64,000 nucleotides of DNA, from positions 706,011 to 770,010 of the forward strand of contig CAVUCU010000004.1 of assembly GCA_963740085.1 (NCBI GenBank). The letters run 5' to 3'. The notes beneath the pieces were generated by a model. The model made no database searches, was not told the origin of the DNA, and saw only the letters and a list, made by a program, of their open reading frames with translations. The stretch is from Nitrospirota bacterium (lineage in GTDB: Bacteria; Nitrospirota; UBA9217). The first letter of the stretch is position 1, and each line of letters begins with the position of its first letter. Of this stretch, positions 30,856-41,718 are shown piece by piece. Made by a program: the position numbers and the translations under genes.

Positions 30856-31704
30856 TCACCAATCCCCGCAAAAGTCGTAGGCCTGCACCGTGGTCAAGCG
30901 CTGAATGTTCTCCCCTGTTTCGGACATCCGGTAGAGGCTTGCCAGCGCGTCAGCATCCTCCCAGTCGGTGCTGCTGGAAAAGACGATATCTTTTCCGCGC
31001 CAGACAGGGGATGAATCAGCTCCCCGCGAAGGCGGCTCGTACAGAACAACCTCCCCGGTATCCACATTCAATCTGCGGAGATGGGGCGTTCCCCGGTCGC
31101 ATTGAAAGATGAGCCAGGAGCCGTCCGAAGACCAGGAGGGGTTCGCGTGCGGAACATCGTCCGTGGTGAGCTTCCGCATATTTCCGCCATCAGGGTCCAT
31201 GACCCAGATATGTGAGAACTTGGTTCCCGGGGGGAACTGGACGAACGCGATCAGATCGCCCCGGGGCGACCACATGGGGTTCATGTTCTCCGCGGGCCCG
31301 GCAGTGAGCGCGGAGAATCCCGTCCCGTCCATCTTGACCCGGTGCACCTGCTGGAGCCCGCCTTTATCAGCGCCTCCGAACACCAGCGTGCTGTCGTCGG
31401 CCGACCAGTCCACGCTGCTGATGTTGAGGTCGCCGTGCGTGATCTGGGCCGTTTTTCCGGTCGCGCGGTCCATCAGGAAGATGTTGTACAATCTCTTCTC
31501 GTGGTTCCTGGTGCTCACGAACGCGATCAGGGTCCTGTCCTTGTTGTAACGGGGCGCCGCGTTGTCGGCGTACTCGCCATTGGGCCCCGGGTTCATCGTG
31601 AGCCGCTTCTCGTTCTTTCCGTCAGGGTCGATGGCATAGAGATCGTTGAACATCTCCTTGCCGTCGCCGTTGAAGCGGGTAAATACGATCTGCATGTCGT
31701 CCAT
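30856..31704 (-). CDS. TolB-like beta-propeller (PD40 repeat) protein
   Basis: Repeated P.WS.DG..I.F motifs. Confidence 0.8.
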   Translation of the reverse strand: MDDMQIVFTRFNGDGKEMFNDLYAIDPDGKNEKRLTMNPGPNGEYADNAAPRYNKDRTLIAFVSTRNHEKRLYNIFLMDRATGKTAQITHGDLNISSVDWSADDSTLVFGGADKGGLQQVHRVKMDGTGFSALTAGPAENMNPMWSPRGDLIAFVQFPPGTKFSHIWVMDPDGGNMRKLTTDDVPHANPSWSSDGSWLIFQCDRGTPHLRRLNVDTGEVVLYEPPSRGADSSPVWRGKDIVFSSSTDWEDADALASLYRMSETGENIQRLTTVQAYDFCGDW

Positions 31705-31742
31705 GAGAAGACCTCTTTCCGTTCCCGGGGATCGCCCGACAC

Positions 31743-33272
31743 CTACCATTCAATGGGGAAATAATCCTTCAGGAACTTTCCGCTCCAGTGCTTCCCGGTC
31801 AGGATCCCGTCAAAAAAAGGATCGCAGACCCGCGCGGCCCCGTCAACGATATCCAGGGGCGGCTGGAAATCGTGGACCTCTTGCTTGAATTCGGACAGTG
31901 CCGCAGGATCTTCGTCCGTGACCCACCCCGTATCGACCGCGTTCATATGGATGCCGTCTTTGGCAAGATCCGCTGCCGAGGTATGGGTCATCATGTTCAA
32001 GGCTGCTTTCGCCATGTTCGTATGGGGGTGCCGTTCATCCTTCTTGAACCTGAAGAACTTGCCTTCCATGGCCGTCACATTCACAATATGCTTCTGCCCG
32101 GTATGGTCCCGCCGCATCAGCGGAACAAGCCTGTTGCACAGGATAAAGGGGGCCACGGAATTCACCAGCTGCACCTCGAGCATTTCCGTGGTAGAGATCT
32201 CGCCCATGCGCAGACGCCAGCTGTTCGTTCTGCGCAGATCCACCTGCTGAAGGTCCGCATCCACCCTTCCTCCGGGGAAGTGCGCCTCAGACCCGGCAAT
32301 ACGGTCATGGCCGGACGGGACCTGCGAAAGCCTGGCGGATTCAAGCAGACCGATGCCCAGCCGCTCTTCGTTCCATACCTGAGAAAGGGCGGTACTCCCC
32401 TCCTCGCTGCGGCTGCCGGCAAGCGCAAGCTGTTTTGTACACGCGACGTGATCGTCAAGCAGCACCTGGACCTCTTTGGGCAGTGCATGGCAGCCCTGTT
32501 CCTCTCTTTCCATCAGATGGGCATAGAACCCGGGCGGCCGCCTCACGGTCTGGGCAGCGTTATTGATCAGGATGTCGAGACGTCCGTACGTGTGCTCCAC
32601 ATATCGCGCGAACAGCTCGACGCTCGGAACATGCCGGAGGTCAAGACCGTGAACATGCAGCCGGTGGCCCCACGCGGCAAATCCGTCTTCCCGTGAATAA
32701 CGCAGGGCCGCATCAATGGGAAACCTGGTCGTCGCAATGACCGTAGCGCCGGCGCGCAGCATCATGAGCGCCGCCTGAAACCCGATCTTCACGCGTGCGC
32801 CGGTGATCAAAGCGACCTGGCCGGCAAGTGATGCGGTCTGGAAGCGTTTCCGGTAGTTCTGGTCCCCGCATTTCCTGCACATACAATCATAGAAAAAGTG
32901 CAGGTCCGTGAATTTTTCCTTGCACACATAGCAATTACGCGGAGAACGCAATTTTTCCCGACCCGGTTCGGTTCGGGGGGCAGTGTCCTCGATCCGCGCA
33001 GGGGCAATAAACGTGTCCCGGGCGCGGGCCGTGCGGATACCGGTCGCGTTTCTCGCCTGCCGGTCCTGTTCGAGCCTTGCCAGACTGCGCGTTTTGTTCA
33101 GCAACTTGTTCCTTTTCTTTCTTTCCGCCCGGTCGGGACGGGATAGTTCACCGGCCGCTTTCAGAAGCGCGCGTTGCTGTTCTTCCGGAAGACCTGCAAG
33201 CAGTCCCGCATCGCGCACAAGGTCCCCAAGCAGGGAGATGCTTTTTTCTACTTCCTCGGAATTGTGTTTCAT
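31743..33272 (-). CDS. Extended SDR family oxidoreductase with N-terminal Zn-finger
   Basis: CYVCK...[38 protein letters not shown]. Confidence 0.85.
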   Translation of the reverse strand: MKHNSEEVEKSISLLGDLVRDAGLLAGLPEEQQRALLKAAGELSRPDRAERKKRNKLLNKTRSLARLEQDRQARNATGIRTARARDTFIAPARIEDTAPRTEPGREKLRSPRNCYVCKEKFTDLHFFYDCMCRKCGDQNYRKRFQTASLAGQVALITGARVKIGFQAALMMLRAGATVIATTRFPIDAALRYSREDGFAAWGHRLHVHGLDLRHVPSVELFARYVEHTYGRLDILINNAAQTVRRPPGFYAHLMEREEQGCHALPKEVQVLLDDHVACTKQLALAGSRSEEGSTALSQVWNEERLGIGLLESARLSQVPSGHDRIAGSEAHFPGGRVDADLQQVDLRRTNSWRLRMGEISTTEMLEVQLVNSVAPFILCNRLVPLMRRDHTGQKHIVNVTAMEGKFFRFKKDERHPHTNMAKAALNMMTHTSAADLAKDGIHMNAVDTGWVTDEDPAALSEFKQEVHDFQPPLDIVDGAARVCDPFFDGILTGKHWSGKFLKDYFPIEW

Positions 33273-33549
33273 GACGCGATCTTCCTTCCTGAGGGATAAA
33301 GTACAAGGTCAAAGAATAAAGACCTGCCCCCGGGATGCCGGGATGCTTTTCTTGATAAAAAAAAATGATACACTTCTTAAGCGAAAGGGGCAAGCGGAAA
33401 GTGCGGCAGGATTGCATAATGCCGGGGAGAGATCGGGGTAACGTTATCGGATCGAATGCCTTGAACAGGTTCAGCCCGGTCGATTCTCAGGCGGATATAC
33501 GGAGTCGCGGAGAGAGTATTGCATCCCCTTGCAGGCCTGCGTCATGGGG

Positions 33550-33584
33550 AAAAAAGGCGGAACGGATCTCCCGTCCCGCCTTTT
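33550..33584 (-). terminator. Rho-independent terminator of hcp
   Basis: aaaaggcgg...ccgccttt hairpin; U-tract on the minus strand just after the stop. Confidence 0.65.
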
Positions 33585-33599
33585 CAGGTAATTTACGCG

Positions 33600-35288
33600 T
33601 TACGCGACAACTTCGTTTGCTTCGATACATTCAGCCTTTGTTTTTGACCAGCACGGGCCGAGGATCGTATTCAGATCTTCTTCCGGCGTCTTCGCGATCG
33701 GCTTGATACTGAAGTTCTTCACGAGCACGTCAAGTACGTTCGGCGTAATGAAGGCCGGGAGCGAAGGACCGAGCCTGATATCCTTGATCCCGAGAGAGAG
33801 CAGGGAGAGCAGTATGGCAACTGCCTTCTGCTCGTACCACGACAGGATGAAAGACAGCGGCAGATCATTCACGCCCACATTAAAGGCCTTCGAGAGAGCA
33901 ACGGCGATCTGGATGGCCGAGTAGGAGTCATTGCACTGGCCAATGTCCAAAAGCCTCGGGATGCCGCCGATATCGCCCAATTCCTTGTCAAAGAACCGGA
34001 ACTTACCGCATGCCAGCGTAAGAACCACGGTGTCCTTGGGCGTTTTTTCCACGAACTCGGTGTAGTAATTCCTGCCCGGTTTCGCCCCGTCGCACCCGCC
34101 CACGAGGAAGAAGTGCCGGATCTTTCCCGCTTTCACCGCGTCGATCACCTTGTCCGCTACGCCGAGCACGGCGTTCCGTGCAAACCCGGCGAGTACTTCC
34201 TTGCCCGGGGCGTCTTCCGTGAACCCGGGAAGCGCGCGCGCCCGGTCGATTGCCGGTGAGAAGTCGCCCGCAGCGATATGCGTGACATCGGGCCAGCCCA
34301 CGAGCCCGCAGGTGAAGATATTATCCTTGTAGGAAGCGAGCGGTTTCTGTATGCAGTTCGTGGTCATGATGATCGCACCGGGGAACTGTGCAAATTCCTT
34401 GTGCTGATTTTGCCACGCCGTACCGTAGTGGCCATAGAAGTGCGGATATTTCTTGAGGCCCGGATACGCGTGGGCCGGCAGCATTTCGCCGTGAGTATAG
34501 ACAGTGATCCCCTTGTCTTCCGTCTGCTTCAGGATGGCATCAAGATCCTTCAGGTCATGACCGGAGACGAGGAGCGCCTTGCCTTTCCTTGCGCCGAGCG
34601 GAACCTTGACCGGGACCGGGTGGCCGTAGGTCCCTGTATTGCCCGCGTCGAGCAGTTCCATGGTCTTGATGTTCACTTCGCCGCATTTGAGCGCAAGACC
34701 GACCCACTCGTTCAAGCCGAGGTCCGTGCCGGTCATGGCCGCCAGCGCCTCGCTCATAAAGGCGTAAACGGCATCGTCCGTCCTGCCGAGGATCCGGGCG
34801 TGATCAGCATACGCTGCAACGCCCTTGAGTCCGAAAAGGACGATATCCTGAAGCGACTGGACGTCGGGGTTCACGACCGCGTCGGGTATGTGCTCACGGA
34901 CCGCCCTTCCCTGCTTGACGAGGCCCTCGAGAGTGGATTCCGGCTTGTAGGAAGCGCTCGCATGGGCAAAATCGGTTTTGCCGTCCGACTGGCGTATCTT
35001 TGAGCCGAGTTTCTCCCGAAGTTCCACGCTCTTCCGGATCAGCGTTTCGAACCGCTTCGGGTCAAAGTCAACGTTCGTGAGCGTCGAAAAAAGAGCCTTG
35101 CTCATGAACACGTTCACGTCCTGGTCGATAACACCGACCTTCCTGCCCGCAACCGCATGGAGCGCCAGCCCTTTGAGTGAATAGATCAAGAGGTCCTGCA
35201 GCGCCGATACCTCCGGATCCTTCCCGCATACGCCGATCTTGGTGCAGCCCTTGCCGTTTGACGCCTGTTCGCATTGATAACAAAACAT
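33600..35288 (-). CDS. hcp: Hybrid cluster protein (hydroxylamine/NO reductase)
   Basis: MFCYQCEQ..GCT..GVCGK, SGHDL, YTHGEMLPAH, GGCDG, GQCND, WYEQKA. Confidence 0.96.
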   Translation of the reverse strand: MFCYQCEQASNGKGCTKIGVCGKDPEVSALQDLLIYSLKGLALHAVAGRKVGVIDQDVNVFMSKALFSTLTNVDFDPKRFETLIRKSVELREKLGSKIRQSDGKTDFAHASASYKPESTLEGLVKQGRAVREHIPDAVVNPDVQSLQDIVLFGLKGVAAYADHARILGRTDDAVYAFMSEALAAMTGTDLGLNEWVGLALKCGEVNIKTMELLDAGNTGTYGHPVPVKVPLGARKGKALLVSGHDLKDLDAILKQTEDKGITVYTHGEMLPAHAYPGLKKYPHFYGHYGTAWQNQHKEFAQFPGAIIMTTNCIQKPLASYKDNIFTCGLVGWPDVTHIAAGDFSPAIDRARALPGFTEDAPGKEVLAGFARNAVLGVADKVIDAVKAGKIRHFFLVGGCDGAKPGRNYYTEFVEKTPKDTVVLTLACGKFRFFDKELGDIGGIPRLLDIGQCNDSYSAIQIAVALSKAFNVGVNDLPLSFILSWYEQKAVAILLSLLSLGIKDIRLGPSLPAFITPNVLDVLVKNFSIKPIAKTPEEDLNTILGPCWSKTKAECIEANEVVA

Positions 35289-35344
35289 TCTGTAGTCCTC
35301 CCTCGATAAATTATATTTCAGTCGACATGGTGAAGCTGGGGTGA

Positions 35345-35387
35345 ACTATACACGACCACGGCTGCACTGCATATGACAGAGATCATA
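35345..35387 (-). promoter_or_regulatory. hcp promoter: CRP/FNR-family (HcpR-like) palindrome TATGA-N6-TCATA plus -10 TATAGT
   Basis: Palindrome at 35372-35387; -10 at 35345-35350 on the minus strand; box centre near -41.5. Confidence 0.7.
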
Positions 35388-35617
35388 CGAGTTGGACAAG
35401 ATCTGCAAAGGGAAAATCCTTGAGAAGAAACCATGGACTGGGGGAAAAGATACGGTCAAACATTAGAGAGCTGATCCCGGGCTGTTCCCCGCTTCTTCCG
35501 TTTGTGATGAAAAGCACTGCGCGAAACCGTCATTTTATGATATAGTTGTCTTGCTGCGATCTGTCCTGGATCGCAGGCAGGGAGTCGATCTCGCGCTCAG
35601 AACAAGGTACGGGGCCA

Positions 35618-36472
35618 ATGACAGGTAAGATCTCGCCGGATATCTCAGGTTATAAGACCTTATACAGGCTGTCGATCTATGTTGTGATCCTTGCCTGGAT
35701 CGTGCTCGGGCTCTATTTCCTGGTGTTCACGAAAGCGGAACACTCGTCAGCAGCGAAGATAGTACAATATTTTTTATCACCCGAACAGCTTGGAATAAAG
35801 TTCAGAACATTAATACTTCTCGCCCCGCTTATCCTTACCATTGTCAGCTATCTCATCTATGACCGGGCCAATCTTTTTCAGAAATCGATCGTCGCGGAGC
35901 AGCAATTGCGCATCCTCAAGGACGATCTCATCGTTTCGTTCGCGAACGCCCTTGACGCAAAGAGCTCCTGGACGCAGGGTCACTCGCAAAGGGTCACCTC
36001 CTACGCCCTCATGATCGCTGAGAAGCTCCATGTCAACGTCGAAGACCGGGAAACGCTCAGGATCGCGAGTTTACTGCATGACGTCGGGAAGATAGGAACG
36101 TATGATGTCATTCTTGACAAGCCGGGTCCGCTTACCGAGGAGGAATGGCACCTCGTCAAGCTGCACCCCGGCAAGGCCGAGGAGATCCTCAAACCGATAA
36201 AACAACTTCAGCATGTGCTGCCGATCATTAAATATCATCACGAGAGGATGGACGGGAAGGGATATCCGGACGGTCTTGCCGGAACAGAAATACCGCTATT
36301 GGCGAAAATACTCTGTCTTGCCGATTCCTTTGACGCCATGATCGAAAATAGACCGTATAAACGGGGAATGAGCAGGACCGAGGCCTACAGGGAGATCAAA
36401 GATAAAATGGATACGCAATTTGACGCGGTTGTTTCGACGGCATTCCTTAGCGCCATGGATACCGCGGAGTAA
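35618..36472 (+). CDS. Membrane-anchored HD-GYP domain phosphodiesterase
   Basis: 2 TM, GHSQRV, LLHDVGK, HHERMDGKGYP, ADSFDAM, RPYK. Confidence 0.9.
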   Translation: MTGKISPDISGYKTLYRLSIYVVILAWIVLGLYFLVFTKAEHSSAAKIVQYFLSPEQLGIKFRTLILLAPLILTIVSYLIYDRANLFQKSIVAEQQLRILKDDLIVSFANALDAKSSWTQGHSQRVTSYALMIAEKLHVNVEDRETLRIASLLHDVGKIGTYDVILDKPGPLTEEEWHLVKLHPGKAEEILKPIKQLQHVLPIIKYHHERMDGKGYPDGLAGTEIPLLAKILCLADSFDAMIENRPYKRGMSRTEAYREIKDKMDTQFDAVVSTAFLSAMDTAE

Positions 36473-36487
36473 TGATCCGCACTGATA

Positions 36488-36567
36488 CGCGTCAGAGCTG
36501 TCCGTCGCATGGGGAAGGCAAGATCAAAAATGCTTTACCCCCACCCTGCGCGTCCGCGGAGCGGCCC
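36488..36567. repeat. Truncated head-to-head A(-)/C(+) junction of the dispersed element family
   Basis: cgcgtcagagctgtccgtcgca..ggcaaga = rc of A 5' end; tcaaaaatgctttaccc...ggagcggcc matches 52821-52862. Confidence 0.7.
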
Positions 36568-36577
36568 TTTCGCCTTG

Positions 36578-37540
36578 TCACTTCGTCCCCATCACCAGCA
36601 CCGTATCATCGATCAGTTTTTCCCGGACATTATTAAACCCCGTTTTGGCAAGCCACTTCTTCATTTCCAGCGGCGTATAACTTCTCCCGGTTGACGTGTT
36701 CACGAGCATATTTACCGAGAAGAGAGCTCCAACAGGGGGGCAGGCCCTGTCCGGTTCGAGGAAGAATTCGTGGATCGCGACCCTCCCGCGCGGATTCAGC
36801 GCGTTGCGCGCCTTTTTCAGAAGCGCACAATTCTCTTCCGCTGAGTAAAAATGGAGCACCTGACTGATAAGGACGAGGTCGTAGCCTTTGCCGACCGGAT
36901 CCGTAAGGAAATCCCCTGCCTTGAGCTCGATCTTCCCGGCCTTTGACGTTCGAATGATGGACTCCGTAACGTTAAGCGTAGAAGGCACGTCGAAGAGCGT
37001 GACCGCGATGCCATGCTTTGCCAGTTCAATGCTGTAGGTGCCCGGTCCGCCGCCCAGATCCAGCGCCGTTTTAACACCCCGCAGGTCAAGGGCCCTCGCG
37101 ACCGCGGGAGCGAGAAATATGGAATTATCATGCATGGCCCTGATGAAGGCGTCATGATCGCGGCCTTCCGGACGGCTCGGCGTCCCGGACTTGATAACGG
37201 CGTCGAGGCCGGACCATGATCTCCAGAGCGTGTCCGCGTGGCGCAGACTATCTCCCTGGTACAAAGGGCTCTCTTTCAGCAGGAACTGCCTGGCCGTGGA
37301 GGTGATCCGGTAGCGTTTCCCCCGCTTCTCCAACAACCCGAGGCTTGCCACGGCGTCGAGCAGTATCTCGGTGGCGCGAAAGTTCGTCTCGAGAATATCG
37401 GCCAATTGCCCCGCGGTCCTGGCAATTTTCAGGTGTTCAAAGATATTGTAGTTGTTCGCGGTCAGCACAACGCGGGCGGGCGGAAACCCTCCCCACAGGC
37501 TCGCGAATTCCCGGGCCTGTTTCGCGATCGACTTGTTCAT
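36578..37540 (-). CDS. Class I SAM-dependent O-methyltransferase (dimerisation domain + Methyltransf_2)
   Basis: LDLGGGPG, GDF, SQVLH. Confidence 0.85.
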   Translation of the reverse strand: MNKSIAKQAREFASLWGGFPPARVVLTANNYNIFEHLKIARTAGQLADILETNFRATEILLDAVASLGLLEKRGKRYRITSTARQFLLKESPLYQGDSLRHADTLWRSWSGLDAVIKSGTPSRPEGRDHDAFIRAMHDNSIFLAPAVARALDLRGVKTALDLGGGPGTYSIELAKHGIAVTLFDVPSTLNVTESIIRTSKAGKIELKAGDFLTDPVGKGYDLVLISQVLHFYSAEENCALLKKARNALNPRGRVAIHEFFLEPDRACPPVGALFSVNMLVNTSTGRSYTPLEMKKWLAKTGFNNVREKLIDDTVLVMGTK

Positions 37541-37961
37541 TGCTCATTCCCCTTTTCAGTCATGAGTAGGATATCTCAGCCACGCGGCATGATAAGGAAC
37601 AGCGCCGTCTATCTCAAAAAGTCCTTGAAGTCGGTCTCCTTTTCGTTGCCAGGAGGTGCTATGATTCACGGCCCGGAGCATTCGATGCGTAAGTGAGGTG
37701 CATAGGACGGAGGATATCAACGTAAACGGGAAATGTCAAACACTAAAGATCAGAACCATGGTGTTCTCTTCCCGCGAAGGGACTGTACTTTATCAGGCAC
37801 TGATGATAATATCAAAACAATTCAGCAGGAGCGCTTTTACAGCCTGTCGAGAATCAACCCTCTGTACTTTTTACACGTCGGCGCATCTCCGATCAGAGGG
37901 CAAGGGGTACGTTGAGCGAAACAAAGGATATCCCCGGGAATAAAGCAGGGAGGTAACAAAA

Positions 37962-38408
37962 ATGAAAGTGGCGGAAATGATCAAACAGGTACTGAAGGAA
38001 AAGGGCTTCCGGAACTTGCGGGATGCGGCGAAGGCCCTCGGCATAAGCAAGGAGCTTCTGAGGCTCACGGTCAACAAGGAGCACCTGCCGAAGGATGCGA
38101 TCCTCGGCATGATGGCGGACAAGCTCGGCCTGGACCGGTCAGCATTGATCCTGGCGGCGCACCAGGAGAAGGTCCCCGTCGGCGTGCAGGGGTACTTCCT
38201 CTCCCCGACAGAAGATAAAAAATACGAGAAGAAGCGGGTTTGGCCCCTTTCCGAGGAGCAGTGCAGCTATCTCGAGAAGATCCTGAACGAAACGGAGATC
38301 CAGAACATCAGGAAGTTCCGGCAGCTCCCGGACGAGGCAAAGGAGCAGATCACGGGCTACCTCGATTATACCTGGGCGATGAAGAAGATCACGATGAAGA
38401 AAAGCTGA
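37962..38408 (+). CDS. Putative XRE-like HTH protein
   Basis: GGGAGG RBS; N-terminal LRDAAKALGIS helix-turn-helix. Confidence 0.65.
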   Translation: MKVAEMIKQVLKEKGFRNLRDAAKALGISKELLRLTVNKEHLPKDAILGMMADKLGLDRSALILAAHQEKVPVGVQGYFLSPTEDKKYEKKRVWPLSEEQCSYLEKILNETEIQNIRKFRQLPDEAKEQITGYLDYTWAMKKITMKKS

Positions 38409-38551
38409 CGTAAAGGCTGACGTAAAAGCGGGGTGAGGCGACTCAAGACCGACCTGGTCCGTCTCATCATATTACACAGATAGTCCCTTGCTTCTTATCC
38501 CCTGTCATTATATAATAGAAGGTAATTTAAAACGGATTACAAAGAGAGAAC

Positions 38552-40327
38552 ATGGCATTTACCGGAGATCTGGAATATCTGAACATAGTGGACATTATTC
38601 AGTTGGTCCACGCGACGAAGCAGTCGGGCATTTTTTCCGTTAAGACGGCCTACGGGGAGAGCAGGATCGTTTTCAGGGCCGGAAATATCGTCGGTGCAAA
38701 TCATATCGACAACAGCGTTCGCATCGGGACCGTCCTGGTAAAGACGGGCGCCATAACGGTCGACGATCTCAAACAGGCAATAGGCATCAGGAAGAACGCG
38801 GATGATAAAAACCGCATGCCGCTTCTCGCCACCCTGGTGCAGATGGGCAAGCTGAAGCGGGAAGACGCCCTGAGGGGATTGAAAAAGCTGGTTGAGCTTG
38901 CGATCGTTGAGCTGATGAGCTGGACGAAGGGCACGTTTACGTTCGACACTGAGGCGACCGTCGTATCCTTCGAAGGAGGGCAGGATCTCGCCGTTGATGC
39001 CCAAATGGTCTTGATGGATGCGCTTCGCATCTCCGACGAGCGGGAACGCGACCGCCGGGAGGGAAAAGAAGTACCTTCCATTGTGGAGCTCTATCCCGAT
39101 GTCCTTCCCGGGGAAGGCGAAGCTGAATCTGAAACGGAAGCCGAACGTTCGACGGTTACCGCGGACGATCTCGGGCTTGCCGACCTCGACCGTCTTGAGA
39201 AGAAGATACCCCGGCCGGCATCTGAAATGGAGCTCTACGATCCGCTCGAGATCCATCGCCGGACGATAAAGGAACTGCTCCCGGGTTTTTCTTCCGACGA
39301 ACAGGATGCATTTTTTTCTTTTCTGAGAAAATCCCTGGGCAGGAAGGCCGGTCCCGACGATAGGGGGAAACAGGCCGTCAAGGCCATCGTCCTGTACAGC
39401 AATGATGCGCTGATCAGTCATTCAGTCATGTCACTCTGTAACGATGAGGGAGCGCTCGTCTTTGCGACAGAGGACGATAAGGACCTCGACCGGATGCTAT
39501 CGCAGTGCCTCCTTTCCGCGAGAGTTCCCGTCGTTGTCTTCGACAGTCCCGCGGGATCGGAGGGCGGTTTTTCCCGGGATAAGATCGTGGCCCTGAGGAA
39601 GCAGGTGGGGGAAAAGTACCCCGCGGTCCCTGTGCTTCAATTCGCCTCTCGCCGGGACAGTGATTTCATCCTTCAATCGTACCATGACGGCGTGAGGGCT
39701 GTTCTCCCCAAGCCGTCAAAGGAAGACGAGAGACAAACGTATATCCGGGATACGATAACGTTCCTCCACGCGTTCAAGTCGTATGTTAAAAGTTTTAATG
39801 ATGCCGATATCTACGTCAAGAAACTGAAAGACGGCGTCGCGTCGCTTCGCGGGCTCACCAACCCCGCCGATGCGCCGCTCGTGGTCCTTACGGCTGTCTC
39901 CGGGATGTTCGAGCGCGCGGTCACGCTCGTCGTCCGTGCCTCGGAATTGGTCGGTGAAAGGGCCATAGGGATCGGTTCCGATAAAAGCCTGGGACCGGCT
40001 CCTGCGGGCAATCTCAAGATCCAGCTTTCCAAGCCTTCTGTTTTCCGCGACGTTGTCGAAAAAGGGCGGGCCTATTACGGAGAGAGCGGCGATGAAACGC
40101 TCAGGACATTTTTCACGGAAATAGGCGTGCCGCTGAGACCTGCCATCGTTCTGCTGCCCTTGATAAGCGATCGAAAGGTCTTAGCGGTGATATACGGGGA
40201 TTTCGGGCAGAAAGAGGCTTCTCCCGTCAGGCTCGATATGCTCGAGATCCTTGCTCAGCAGGCGGGCATAGTTCTGGAGTATGAGATTTTCCGAAGACAG
40301 GTGACGAAAGCGGCTCAAAAATCATAG
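38552..40327 (+). CDS. DUF4388 domain protein with degenerate receiver and C-terminal GAF-like domain
   Basis: MAFTGDL..L..DIIQL...SG, W..GTFTF; C-terminal LLPL..KVLAVIYGD. Confidence 0.75.
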   Translation: MAFTGDLEYLNIVDIIQLVHATKQSGIFSVKTAYGESRIVFRAGNIVGANHIDNSVRIGTVLVKTGAITVDDLKQAIGIRKNADDKNRMPLLATLVQMGKLKREDALRGLKKLVELAIVELMSWTKGTFTFDTEATVVSFEGGQDLAVDAQMVLMDALRISDERERDRREGKEVPSIVELYPDVLPGEGEAESETEAERSTVTADDLGLADLDRLEKKIPRPASEMELYDPLEIHRRTIKELLPGFSSDEQDAFFSFLRKSLGRKAGPDDRGKQAVKAIVLYSNDALISHSVMSLCNDEGALVFATEDDKDLDRMLSQCLLSARVPVVVFDSPAGSEGGFSRDKIVALRKQVGEKYPAVPVLQFASRRDSDFILQSYHDGVRAVLPKPSKEDERQTYIRDTITFLHAFKSYVKSFNDADIYVKKLKDGVASLRGLTNPADAPLVVLTAVSGMFERAVTLVVRASELVGERAIGIGSDKSLGPAPAGNLKIQLSKPSVFRDVVEKGRAYYGESGDETLRTFFTEIGVPLRPAIVLLPLISDRKVLAVIYGDFGQKEASPVRLDMLEILAQQAGIVLEYEIFRRQVTKAAQKS

Positions 40328-40356
40328 AATCAAAATCAAGGCCCTTAAACCAATTA

Positions 40357-40444
40357 TCACACGAAGCCACAGAGTCGCAAAGAAAGGCTTGAATTTTGAA
40401 TTAGGATCTTGCATTTCTTCGTGTCTTCTTGCCTTCGTGTGAGA
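40357..40444. repeat. REP-like inverted element (TCACACGAAG...CTTCGTGTGA)
   Basis: Perfect 10-bp inverted ends with short purine-rich sub-repeats. Confidence 0.55.
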
Positions 40445-40525
40445 CTGGTTTTGCCTTTGACTTTAAATCTTACTGTTGCTTCGTAAAGTATCATTAACGC
40501 CGGAACGCGGAGGTAGACGGTCGCC

Positions 40526-41596
40526 ATGGACAGTGCAATATTCAACCAGATCCTTCAAATTGCCTTCGATAAGAAGGTCTCGGATATCCATTTCGAGGTC
40601 GACAACCCGCCGATGTTCCGGGCGCGCGGCCATCTTCTTCGCTCCAAGCTCGGGAACTTGACAAAAAAAGATACCGAGTTCGTCGCGAACGCGGTTATGG
40701 AGCAGCACCTCCGGAAGCTGCCCGAAGACCTGAAGGAACTCGATACTTCCTATACTCTCGCGAATGTCGGCCGCTTCCGGGTGAGCATCTTCCGTCAGCG
40801 CGGCAATCTGGGCGTTGTCATGCGCGTCATCCCTCACCAGATCGGTACGTTCGAGGAGTTGAATCTTCCGCCGGTGCTCGGCAAGATCGCGCAGGTCCCG
40901 AACGGACTGATCCTCGTCACCGGGCCGACCGGCAACGGCAAATCAACGACTCTTGCTTCCATGATGCGGTTCATCAATGATAATTTCGATTATAATATCA
41001 TTACGATCGAGGACCCGATCGAGTTCCTGTTCACTTCGAACAAAAGCTGTATCATCCAGAGGGAAGTGGGCATCGATACGGAAAGCTTCACCGTTGCGTT
41101 ACGATCGGCAATGCGCATGAACCCGGACGCCATCATGGTCGGAGAACTGCGCGACCTCGAAACCATAGACGCCTGTATGAAGGCCTCCGAGACGGGGCAT
41201 CTGGTATTGTCCACTCTTCATACCCATAATACGTCTTCGTCCATAAACCGCATCGTTGGTTATTACCCGCCTCAGTCGCAGGAGAATGCCAGAAAAAGAC
41301 TGGCGGAGAGCCTTGTCTCGATCATCTCCCTGAGGCTGGTACGGGGAAAGGACGGCGAAACGGTTATGCCCGTCCTTGAAGTGATGTATGCAACGTCCAG
41401 CATCAAGGCGTGCATCAGGGACAATCATATCGACGAGATCGAGCAGTATATCGAAAAGGGACGCGACGAATACGGCATGCAGACCCTGGACCAGCATCTC
41501 ATTCAGCTCTGCAAAGCGGAACGCATAACTCTCGATGAGGCAAAGCACATCTCTCACTCGAAAGACCTTGAGCGAAAACTGATGTACGGTGAATGA
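40526..41596 (+). CDS. pilT: PilT/PilU family type IV pilus ATPase
   Basis: SDIH, GPTGNGKST, TIEDPIE, QREVG, GELRD, ETGHLV.STLH, GMQT. Confidence 0.85.
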   Translation: MDSAIFNQILQIAFDKKVSDIHFEVDNPPMFRARGHLLRSKLGNLTKKDTEFVANAVMEQHLRKLPEDLKELDTSYTLANVGRFRVSIFRQRGNLGVVMRVIPHQIGTFEELNLPPVLGKIAQVPNGLILVTGPTGNGKSTTLASMMRFINDNFDYNIITIEDPIEFLFTSNKSCIIQREVGIDTESFTVALRSAMRMNPDAIMVGELRDLETIDACMKASETGHLVLSTLHTHNTSSSINRIVGYYPPQSQENARKRLAESLVSIISLRLVRGKDGETVMPVLEVMYATSSIKACIRDNHIDEIEQYIEKGRDEYGMQTLDQHLIQLCKAERITLDEAKHISHSKDLERKLMYGE

Positions 41597-41718
41597 TACA
41601 GAAAGTAATTCTCCTCTCGATCAGCCCTGCCTTCCACGGAGAAAAGCGGCAGCGAGGATGTAAAAGCAGGGTCGGACAATACAATATCGACATGACCCTG
41701 TGACGACCCCGCTGCTCA

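Noticed and set aside
33460-33530. Possible IS1111 non-coding-region remnant (aacaggttcagcccgg...gcggatatacgg)
   Set aside because: Only two short motif resemblances, no transposase or sub-terminal repeats
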